Source of the DNA: Eledone cirrhosa
Lineage: Eukaryota
Direction of reading: 5' to 3'
DNA length: 64,000 bases
Assembly: GCA_964016885.1 (NCBI GenBank)
Contig: OZ024740.1
Span: 340,380,001-340,444,000 of the forward strand
The position numbers and the translations under genes are program-made. This document shows positions 53,810 through 64,000 of this stretch, piece after piece. Each line of letters begins with the position of its first letter. Within the stretch, counting starts at the first letter, position 1. The notes under the pieces were generated by a model. It did no database searches. It was not told the origin of the DNA and saw only the letters and a list, made by a program, of their open reading frames with translations.

Positions 53810-55606
53810 ATGCCATCTCTTCATTATATTTCCCATGCTGTTGCTCTTGCATTGATTGCAATGCTAATCAGAAAATACATAGAATTAAAGATTTACCATG
53901 AAGATGTCATATCCTCATGTTTCCTTTCTGAACCAAACCATGAGAATTCAGAAATAGAAAATGAAATTGAATATGAAACACCCCCAAAAGCTCCTGTGCC
54001 AACTCCTGATGACTCTAGATTTCTAACACCAGAGTATTTGAACCAGAAACTTTTTTCTGATGGTTCATCTGTAATTTGTAATCCTACAGATAATGCTGCT
54101 CAACGGACTTGTCAATTTGTTAACCTGTGTTATTTTGCTGAAAGAGATAGTTATTTGTTTTTCCATAGTGATAAAAGTATACTTGAAAATATTCCTCTTA
54201 ATCGACACTCTCCAACTTTAGTTGAATTGTCTTCAGTTACAAACCACACTTACAACCATTTTAATTATGTTGACATGCCTGTAAGTGCTTCTAGATTGTT
54301 CCACATAAAATGGGTGACAACTGCTAGTTTGATTATAAAAAGATTTAAGCCTGATAATCTTATGCATGTCATTCATGATGATATCTTACCACTTTTTCAA
54401 ACTCTTAGACATTATAATCTTGCTGCCAATACTTCAGACCGTTTTCATTATAGACTAATATTTGATGATGAGTGGGGAGAAGGCCCTTTCTTAAAGCTCT
54501 ATGATATACTCTCAGAATATCAACCAATTTTTAAGTCTATGCTGCGTGAGGCTCCAGGATTAACTTGTTTCCATCAAGCTAATGTTGGTTTGGTAAAATC
54601 TACTGCATGGTATGATTATGGTTTTTACAAACCACAAGGGCCTCTTCCTGAAAGAAAAGTAAGCAGTGTTGAAATTAACAGTTTATTGGAGTACACACGG
54701 AGAGAATTGGGTCTTAGTATCAATACTGATAACACAGATTATTTAGTTCTTATATCACGGAAATCAACAAGACTTATCTTGAATGAAATTGAGTTAAGCT
54801 TAGCTTTGTCACGTGAGGTCCACACCAAGGTGGTTCATTTAAGTCAAGAACAGTATACAATTGAACAGATGATTGAAGTTGTGTCCAACTCGATAGGGAT
54901 CATTGGAATGCATGGATCTTTATTAACTCTTGCTGTGTATTTACCTGCTGGCAGTATTTTGATAGAGCTGTTTCCATATGCTGTAAATCCTGATCATTAT
55001 ACACCATATAAAACCCTAGTTTCTTTGTCTGGAATGAACATTCAATACAGAACATGGCGTAATATGGAACGGAAGAAATCTGTTGGCCATTTAAGTATGG
55101 GGAACATTGAATATCTTACTCATGATGAACAAGAAAAGATCATTACTCAATCTGAAGTTCCAAGACACATTTGTTGTGATGATCCATCATGGCTTTACCA
55201 TGTTTACCAAGACACAGAAGTTGATATTGAATCTATAATCACCTTAACTAAAGAGGCTATTTTGGCCACAAAAACTGAAAATAATCGGGCCTTCGATAAA
55301 ATACCTGCGAACCTTGTCATACCTGATAAAGTTACGTATGATAGTTGCAAAACTATGGTTGATGGCACCAAGCAGATAATGATTTCTTGGGAAATTCCCT
55401 GGAACTTACAATTTTTCAATTATGAAATAGCTGAATATGAAGTGTTGTTGCAATATACCAAAAGTCCTGAAAAATCTACAATTTTTAGAGTTTCAGCCAA
55501 CTCCATAACACTTGAACCATCAGAAAGTTTTTACATAGTGTGGGTTCGTTGTACTTTGGATCAGGCACATGTGGGACCATTTAAGCAAATTGTTTGTGTT
55601 GAATAA
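53810..55606 (+). CDS. POMGNT2: Protein O-linked mannose beta-1,4-N-acetylglucosaminyltransferase 2 (GT61, C-terminal FN3), 598 aa, single coding exon
   Basis: N-terminal TM; RFKPDNLMHVIHDDILPLF, GMHGSLL, ELFPYAVNPDHYTPYKTL and VPRHICCDDPSWLYHVYQDT match POMGNT2; FN3-like tail SWEIPWNL. First ATG at 53810; strong acceptor (T)n-gcag at 53694. Confidence 0.95.
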   Translation: MPSLHYISHAVALALIAMLIRKYIELKIYHEDVISSCFLSEPNHENSEIENEIEYETPPKAPVPTPDDSRFLTPEYLNQKLFSDGSSVICNPTDNAAQRTCQFVNLCYFAERDSYLFFHSDKSILENIPLNRHSPTLVELSSVTNHTYNHFNYVDMPVSASRLFHIKWVTTASLIIKRFKPDNLMHVIHDDILPLFQTLRHYNLAANTSDRFHYRLIFDDEWGEGPFLKLYDILSEYQPIFKSMLREAPGLTCFHQANVGLVKSTAWYDYGFYKPQGPLPERKVSSVEINSLLEYTRRELGLSINTDNTDYLVLISRKSTRLILNEIELSLALSREVHTKVVHLSQEQYTIEQMIEVVSNSIGIIGMHGSLLTLAVYLPAGSILIELFPYAVNPDHYTPYKTLVSLSGMNIQYRTWRNMERKKSVGHLSMGNIEYLTHDEQEKIITQSEVPRHICCDDPSWLYHVYQDTEVDIESIITLTKEAILATKTENNRAFDKIPANLVIPDKVTYDSCKTMVDGTKQIMISWEIPWNLQFFNYEIAEYEVLLQYTKSPEKSTIFRVSANSITLEPSESFYIVWVRCTLDQAHVGPFKQIVCVE

Positions 55607-55865
55607 TTGATAATATTCAAATCTTGACAAAGTTGAGTTTGCTTTTCATACTTCCAAGGGCAGTAAAATAAAGTACCGGCCAAATTTCGGGGGTTCATAT
55701 AATCGGCTATACACTTACTAAAATCTGAGGCTTCATGCGTATGTAAAAAGAAAATCAAAAATTAGTAATATTTGATGGTTAAGTCACTCTATTTATTTTA
55801 GAAGGGTTATTTGAACTTAACTCTTGTCCTAAAGTGTTCATGTTGTAAATAATTTGTCTGTTATA

Positions 55866-55871
55866 AATAAA
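55866..55871 (+). terminator. POMGNT2: Candidate polyadenylation signal of POMGNT2
   Basis: AATAAA about 260 nt after the stop; an alternative lies near 55667. Confidence 0.35.
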
Positions 55872-56517
55872 TTCCAACTTCAGCCACTTTGTTTTGGCAA
55901 CTCTAATCTATTTAATAGAAAAAAAAAAGTTCTTACACTTTGTAATATTTGACTGTTTTCTAAGTATAAAAGCCTCTTTCCTTCTGAAAAGAGGAACACA
56001 CCACTTAAATACTTATTTTGTCTTTAATCTGCGAAACACATTTTCTTGTATCAACCATCTTAACCACTTGTATTTCAATGATTCATCCACCTCAATCTCT
56101 CCTATTTGTGTTTATATGTAGACATAATATATCTAGAGAACATAGCATGATTGATGTGTGACTGGGGTTGTAATTGTTAGAGTATTACTACCTTTCATTA
56201 ATTAGAGCTTGCTAGCTTTTGCGCTGTATGCAAATGAGTGTCATCAGCTGATGTTAATACACAAAGCTTTTAGCTTTTTTTTGGTTTTAGCAGCCAAGGA
56301 GTTAGCCCTTCTGGCTATGGTTAAAGAACCAGAAATGGTGCCATCAAGGTACTCTCCCTTGGTTGTTAAAGACTAGTGGGGAATTAATCACTGCTTCTAA
56401 AATTCATAGCGAGACTATAAAAATGTTTATTTACATAAACAAATTGTATATGATTCAGTATACAAACCCAGTCATATATCAATCACGTTATGTTAGAGCA
56501 TAACTCCCTCTCATATG

Positions 56518-56567
<50 letters not shown>

Positions 56568-56595
56568 GAAATAACACAATCGGTACAGTATATGG

Positions 56596-56626
<31 letters not shown>

Positions 56627-56628
<2 letters not shown>

Positions 56629-57015
56629 CATCATCATCATCGTTTAACGTCCATCTTCCACGCTTGCATGGGTTTGGACGGGAATTTTCCTACTTGAGGC
56701 AAGATTGGTTGTCTTGCTCGTATAGGACTGTCTGGCGGGTTTTCTACGGCTGGATGCCCTTCCTAACACCAACCACGTTTACAGTGTTGACTGGGAGGTT
56801 TTTACCGTGTTACCTACATGGCCACATTACAGTGTGGACTGTTTTTTGTCGTGACACCTACACGACCTCATTTGTTTCGGACTGGATGTTGTGGTACCAA
56901 CATAACTTCACATTGAAGGGAGTGGGGGTAGTGGGACAGGGGTGTATTTTTGTTAGAGGTGCCTACTGACTGTAGGTTTCGCTTTGTACTTAGGCAAGGC
57001 GGGTCTTCTGTATTA
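56627..57015 (-). mobile_element. RTE 3' fragment (~390 bp) in (TA)n
   Basis: Complete 3' UTR with (CAT)n tail; TA runs on both sides. Confidence 0.93.
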
Positions 57016-57744
57016 TATATATACAATACACACGGATGGAAAGGTATCCCAGGTTCTGTATCAGTGTTGACTTCTTGCCTTTGGTGAATGTTTTGAATAA
57101 CTTCTGTCATTCAAACTGTAGGGCCTCTTTGTTTTGGGACATTGTGCATTGATCCCACAGCGTGTTGCTTCTTAACCATTTGTATCATTCTTTTGCCAGT
57201 AAGTTTTTACTCAAACTTGCTTAACAATCCATTCTCACATACACTTCCACAATCTCCACTCCACTCTCTCTGCTATTTAGTATGTCATCTTGAAGAAAGG
57301 TTAGAGATGTTCACCCAATGCAATCTTACACTCAATGTGGTGAGAATAACATAGCAAACAGTTGACTTGAGTGTCATCTTTGTTCAACAGTTACAGGCGG
57401 TTGAAATAAAACGATGATGCATGCAAATGAAAGGCTGGCTGCTTTTTTGTGTGTAAAATGTATTTCTGTATTTATACTATCCTATGAAACTTGGGCTACT
57501 TTTTTGTGCACCCACCCCCCTCCTGTATACAAACTCGCATAATTATATATATATATCAGGATGGATTCAGTTTGAAACTGGTTAGAGCATTACTCAACAG
57601 AGTACTCAATACTTGTGGTAGTAGTATGGTTATTTTATAAAGAACTAGCTGTTGAAATGGCAAGAGCTCAGCTGTTAGGGTCCTGACTCTTCATAATATA
57701 TTTGCACACACATACATGTGTGTTTACACATAAATGTGTGTAAG

Positions 57745-57896
57745 ACAGGCTTCCTTTCAATTTTCATCTACCAAATTCACTCACAATGCATTGATTAGCA
57801 CTAAGCTATAGTAGAAGCCACTTGCCCATGGTAATGAACAGAAGTATAGAATTTGAGACCATGTGGATGTGAAATTAATGTTTTAATCACACAGCC
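57745..57896 (-). mobile_element. Family B SINE, degenerate
   Basis: tctaccaaattcactcacaa...cacttgccca...cacacagcc. Confidence 0.6.
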
Positions 57897-58440
57897 TATT
57901 CATATTAAATAATTTCTATTAACTTTCATCACCTTTTATGTCTGTTGTCTATATTGGCACAGTTTAGATGGGCTATCAGACTCTGATACAAGACGGGTTA
58001 GGTTTGCTCATGTTTTATTTTGTCATGGTTTCCTAACAGCAGCTACTGTGTATACTGTGGGCATTTTATCAGGACACCAACACTGCTACTGTACTGGCTG
58101 AATTTTAATATGGTACCAACTCTCAGGTGATGATTGCCTCCTTGGCTGGGTAGTGATGGGAGTGGGGAGCTGAGAACATGGTGACAGTTGCACAGCGGAA
58201 TGGGTAGCAATGGCAGCTACATGCTGCTTGCTGAGGAGGAAAGAGTGAGAGTAAGTGTTGGTTACTTTAAGGAGAGGAAGAGTTACAATAGTTTCATCCT
58301 ACTGAATTGCCTTTTGTTTTTTGTATTGATGAGATTTTAAAGAAAGCAATGTTTTCCTTTAGTCATTGACCTAAATACGTGATTGTGTTCAAACAGATAA
58401 GATTGATAAAGCTTAAAATTGACCTAGTTTTATAAAACAT

Positions 58441-58628
58441 GCGGTGGATTGGCATTATCGGTAGAGGGTCGGACTCCATGCTTTGACCCATAGTTACGGT
58501 CCTTGCCATTCTGAGTTCAAATCCCACCAAGGTTAACTTTGCCTTTCATCCTTACGGGGTCGATAAAATAAAGTACCAGTAATGCACTGGGTAATTGCTG
58601 GCCTTGTGCCAAAAGTGAAACAATTATT
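58441..58628 (+). mobile_element. Full-length family A SINE
   Basis: Near-identical to 30500-30690. Confidence 0.9.
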
Positions 58629-59114
58629 AGCAGGAATTGGAGAAACCTTGTGATAGGTACGTTATGAGCCTGTCATAGGTTCAATTTTCCCAAAACTGTT
58701 CTAGAATGTCCTTAATACTCCATATAAATCTTACATTTTACTAGCTGATTTAACAGTTTGCTTTTATCAATCACAAAAAATTGGTGTGAAGAAACCAGGT
58801 TCACACAGAAAAGATATAGATAATAGAACAATAGACTGGGAAAACATCATGAGTGCATATAAGTAACCCAAATACATATTATATAGGCTAATATTAAAAT
58901 TTCTTTGCTTAAAGAATAGGAAGAAAAGAAGCCTATGCATGCATGGTTCCGGAATTCTTGAGGGAGTCGTAAGTGTGTAACGTACAGCATTTCTAGGACA
59001 TTTTTTAAAACCCAGCAGAGCCCATCTCCTCTCTACGTCTGAATACAACAGATTTCTTCCAGAGAAGGATAAAGAGTGAGAGAATGGAAGTGAGAAAGAG
59101 ATAGAGAGGAAGAA

Positions 59115-59240
59115 TTGACCTCAAATGAATGAAAGGCAAAGTTGACCATAGCAGAATTTGAACTCAGAGAGCAGAAAAACAAAATGAATACTGCAAAACA
59201 TTCTATCCAATGTTCTAAGGACTCTGCCAATTTGCCACCT
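59115..59240 (-). mobile_element. Family A-related SINE, degenerate
   Basis: gaaaggcaaagttgacc...atttgaactcag...ctgccaatt. Confidence 0.7.
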
Positions 59241-59439
59241 ATAACAAGCCTATACATAAGCCAAAAGAAGAAGAAAGTATTTGAAACATAGACAAAACAA
59301 ATAGTTAAAGAAAAAATAAACACTTCATTAATGCTAACTGTCTATGCTGAGTATAAATGATGTGTTCCATGATATAAGATGTCACCCTGTAGTTTGTTGA
59401 TCACTAAGAAAGATAAGTATGTGAGCTATGTACAGAACT

Positions 59440-60003
59440 GTGATCAGCAAGGTGAGAAATTCAAATTGCAGGTAGGTATCCTTTTGGGCTCTATTCTTGC
59501 CCCACTCCTGTTAATTATATAGTCCTCTAGTCCACAATAGGACTTTAAGACTGGCTGTCCATGAGACCATGTGTGCTGATAACTTAGTTATCATAGCTAA
59601 ATTAGTGAAAGAATTAATGAATGAAGTTCAAAATATGGAAAATCTAGAATAAAGCAAGCCTAGAAAACACAAATTCAGTTAGGAATCTACTGCCATCTAA
59701 AACATGGCTGTACTCAATATGCAGAAAATGAATCAATAGGAATTGTACAGTGTATCCAATACATCATGGAAGTGCAAGAGAGATGGTGTCACAGGCAGAC
59801 TTCATCATCGTTTAACGTCTATCTTCCACGTTAGCATGGGTTAGACGTGAATTGTCCCACTTGAGGCAAGATTGGTCGGGTGACTGTCTCGCTTGTATAG
59901 GACTTACTGGCAGGTTTTCTATGACTGAATGCCCTTCCACATTTACAGTGTGGACTGGGAGCTTTTTACTGTGTTACCTACCCAACCAGATTACAGCGTG
60001 GAC

Positions 60004-60039
<36 letters not shown>

Positions 60040-61050
60040 TCGTGACGCCTACACGACCTCATTAGTTTGGACTGGATGTTGTGTACCAACATAACTTTAT
60101 AGAGAAGGGCAGTGTTGGTGGGAATGGGAGGTAGGAGTAGTGGGTTGCAGTGTATATTTGGTTAAGAGGTGCCTACTGACTGTAGGTTTCACTTTGTATG
60201 TAAGCAAGACGGGTCTTCTATATTACTGCGTGGCGCCAAAGATCTCGATCCAGTGATATTGTCTTAGAGAAGTACAAGTGTGTAAGGTCGGAATTTATCA
60301 AGTCGTCTCATGTTTTTCTTCACTCTTTTATACAGCTGTCGTCTTTCATGCGCAAATATGTAGTAAATACACAGGAGGAGGATTTAAAAGTTAGAACACC
60401 TTTTTAAATGAATTATTTCAAATGTCAAAAAGGCTTGTTGCAAATAGTTGACAAATTTTGTTACCTAGGTGATATTATCAGTATGGAGGTGGGTGTTGCA
60501 GAAACAGTGAGGAAAGGGTAGAAGAGTTCAGGGAGCTTTTACCTATTGACAAGTCATTTTCTCTGAGGGCAGAGAATATTGTAAGATAATAATAATAATA
60601 ATAATGAAATTATTGTGTAAAGTGCTCAGGTGCACTACAACTCGTCAATATAGTACATAGAATAATACACAAATGCCAGGGAAGTACATCTTTGTATGTG
60701 TTAGCTGTAGTGTTGGCGGATCTCGGGAAGCATGGAGGCCTTAAAGGATGCAGCGTCTCGACAGCTAACAACTGATGCAGGTAGTTTGTTCCATGCTTCA
60801 GCAACTCTGAGCGTGGACTGGATGTTTGTATATGAAGTGATATTGCAATGTAGGGAAACATGGGAATTAAATATGGCAGACCTGTGAAGGTTACATAGAA
60901 AGGAAGTAAGCATGCTCCAGTGGTTATAGAAGGAATAAACTGCAATGTAAAAGAGAGATGACTGTGTTGATAGGTATGGATGTGTGATGCATATGAAAGA
61001 TGTCAGGTAACCTCAAAAAGAGTCATAAGATGTGGTGAGGTGAAGTGCTA
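59440..61050 (+). mobile_element. Very old RTE relic carrying nested insertions (RTE 3' fragment 59802-60353 minus; CR1 3' fragment 60588-60815 minus)
   Basis: Eroded matches to the RT (ttaagactggctgtccatg; ttacctaggtgat...ggaggtgggtgt); the nested elements match copies elsewhere in the window. Confidence 0.65.
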
Positions 61051-61242
61051 GAGAAGAGTTGTCCAACTTTTGAAAGCATGGAAAAACAAACTTAAAATGA
61101 AGACTATGATGAAGATTTGGGTATACAAATTAGAAGAAAAAGCACTAAATGTATATAAACTTTAATTCATTTAAAAACAAGCATGACATTCATTGTTATT
61201 CTAAAATAGTATAATTTCTCCTTAAACTCTTGGTCATATTAT

Positions 61243-64000
61243 ATCATCATCATCATCATCATCGTTTAACGTCCATCTTCCACGCTAGCATGGGTTTGGA
61301 CGGGAATTGTCCCACTTGAGGCAAGATTGGTTGTCTTGCTCGTATAGGACTGTCTGGCAGGTTTTCTACGGCTGGATGCCCTTCCTAACACCAACCACGT
61401 TTACAGTGTGGACTGGGAGGTTTTTACCGTGTTACCTACATGGCCACATTACAGCGTGGACTGTGTGTTTTTTTGTTGTGACACCTACACAACCTCATTT
61501 ATTTCGGACTGGATGTTATGGTACCAACATAACTTTACATTGAAAGGGGTGGTGTGGATGGGGTGGGGGGTGAGGGGTGTATTTTTGTTAGAGGTGCCTA
61601 CTGACTGTAGGTTTCGCTTTGTACTTAGGCAAGGCGGGTCTTCTGTATTACTGTGTAGCGCCAAAGATCTCGGTCCAGTGACATTGTCTTGGAGAGGTGT
61701 AAGTGTGTGAGGTCGGAGTTTAGCAAGTCGTCCCAGGTTTTTCTGGGTCTGCCTACTCCGTGGCTACCGTCTATTTTTATCGCCCTGCACTTTTTTATAC
61801 AGCTGTCGTCTTTCATGCGCATCACGTGACCGTACCAACGTAGTCTTCTCTCGAGTAAACAACATCTGATCCCTCTTATTCCTAATTTCTCACTTAGTTC
61901 ATTTATGCTTTGCCATTCACGTATATTACTATTACACATCCACCGGAGCATGCAAGCTTCGTTCCTCTCCAGTCTGCGTATATCCTCTGCACACAATGCC
62001 CAGGTTTCACTGCCATGTAACATTGCTGTTCGTATGCAGGCATCATACAGCCTGCCTTTCATTTTTAGAGAGAACCCTTTAGCGGCCAATAGTGGTATAA
62101 ACTCTCTGAACTTTTTCCATCCCGTTCTGACTCTAGCTACTGTACTTTCAGAGCACCCTCCACCACTGCTGATTTTGTCACCCAGGTAACGGAAGGTGTC
62201 CACTATTTCTATAGAACCATCTGTGCAATGGAATGAGCTAGTATTCTGTGGGCACTTGCTGCTACTTATTGCACCAGAGCACCGGCCATATATAAAATCT
62301 ATATTCTTAGTTAGCTTACCAGTGATCCCACTACATCTTTTATGCACCCATACTTTGCATTTGGGACATAAAATGGAGTTTCTGCCTACTCCTTTCCTAC
62401 ACACTGAGCATGGCCATTTCCCAGATGGTACTGGTGCCTTATTTTCCTTCCTACAAACTAGAACTTTAGTCTTAAGGCTTTTTGATTCTAGGCCATGCTT
62501 CCATGTTTGGAATTTCTTCTCTAGTTCGGCCATTGATTCAGCTATGAGAGTTAGATCATCTGCGTATAGGAGTTCCCATGGGCAGCCGGTCTTGAACTCC
62601 TCTGTTATAGCCTGAAGGGCAATAATAAATAGAAGGGGGCTAAGGACGGAGCCCTGAAGAACACCAACTTTTATGCTAAACTGCTGACTGTTTCTTTATA
62701 CATGGCTTGTATAGCTCTCACAAGCCATTCATCAACACCTAGTTTTCTAAGAGCCCACCAGATAATGGAGCGGAGGACTCTGTCAACAAAAGCTAAGTAT
62801 AGGGGTTTACTTTTAGCTAGGTACTTCTCCTGTAGTTGTCGTACAATGAAAAGAGCGTCTGTGGTACTTTTACCTGACACAAACCCGAACTGCATTTCAT
62901 CTAGATCAATTCGCTCTCTGATTAGTTGCGCTATTACTTTTTCTGTGACCTTCATGACCTGGTCGATTAATTTAATGCCTCTATAGTTACCCCTATCTAG
63001 GGCATCTCCTTTACCCTTGTAGCAGTTAATGATGATGCTGCTACGCCAGTCCTTCGGAACAACCCCATTCTGTATGACTTGGTTTACTATCCGGGTGACC
63101 ATAGAGTGTCCCACCGTTCCAGATGCTTTCAGCATTTCAGCAACTATTTCCGAAGGCCCAGCCGCCTAACCCGTCTTCATATCTTCGATTGCCTTACTTA
63201 TTATACTACCTTCAACTAGCACTGCTGGTCCCTCTATCGGATCGATGTGGGAGAGACTGTCTTTCTCCCAATTATTCTCTTCATTTAGTAGCCTTTCGTA
63301 GTGATACTTCCAAGCTACCTTCTTATCAGCGTCAGTGATGGCAAGTACACCATCATCATTAAGGACACACTTCTCCCCGACAATATCACGGTTTTCCTTG
63401 ACATATTGCCTAGCAATCCTGAACACCTCACGTTTTTGGTCCTCACGTTGTAGAACATGCTTGAACTTTCTTTCCTCTGCTTCCCTTCTTGCGAAGTACA
63501 CTTGTCTCCTAGCTTCCCTCCTGGCCACTTGATAGTCTTCTCTACTTCCCCCATCCCGCCATACTTTCCAAGCCTGCTTTTTGGCCTTAATTAACTCCTC
63601 CACCTTACTGTTCCACCACCACGTTACTCTCCTCCTGCCTATAGGCCTGCTCCAGCCACAGACATCATTTGCCGCCTTCAGCAGGTTAGCTTTCAGGAAT
63701 TCCCACTGTTCCTCTATATTGTACGATTCTAATTGCTCTTCCTTACTGTCAAAAGCAACAAGTAATATGCTTTTAAATTTATTACTGGATGTGGGGTCCT
63801 TTCGCTTCCATATTTTTCTCCTGAGGATAGTCCTCCTCTGTTGTCGGGTACGTCCTGTCCTGACTATGAGGTCGCTGACTATGAGTCTATGTTGGGAGGT
63901 GCATACTTCATGGGGGAGGGATTTAGTGTTTACAACAGACACTCTGTCACGTCTTCTGTTAAGGATATAATCTATCTGACTGGCGTGTTCCCCTGATCTA
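61243..64000 (-). mobile_element. Long RTE LINE, disabled, running off the window edge
   Basis: Highly similar to 2038-5545; QFGF, STTDALF, YADD, PHD (C7 mutated to Y), RRLRWYGHV; small deletions and frameshifts. Confidence 0.97.

Noticed and set aside
56200-56255. Minus-strand CTGATGA...aaaagctagc
   Set aside because: The GAAA and UH boxes and stem I are not satisfied.

Overview
AT-rich, repeat-dense animal genomic DNA. The repeat repertoire (RTE LINEs with (CAT)n tails, tRNA-derived SINEs, long (TA)n) and the proteins suggest a coleoid cephalopod, probably an octopus; this is inference. Two host genes are divergently oriented: COX4 (minus strand, 4 coding exons, 12287-22943, 191 aa) and POMGNT2 (plus strand, single coding exon, 53810-55606, 598 aa). 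The rest is mostly mobile DNA: about 10 RTE LINE copies whose RT carries an embedded C4HC3 PHD finger, two mariner relics, CR1- and CRE-type fragments, SINEs and MITEs. The most notable unannotated signal is a set of type I hammerhead ribozyme (HHR) motifs from at least five different sequence families between 25.4 and 40.4 kb. These include a tandem-plus-inverted array of 400-419 bp units with one HHR each, resembling a non-LTR retrozyme or Penelope-like pseudo-LTR (pLTR), which predicts ~400-nt self-excised and possibly circular RNAs. Several templated or inverted duplications and palindromic 'twin-tail' RTE derivatives are also present. All folds were paired by eye; no searches or folding programs were run.
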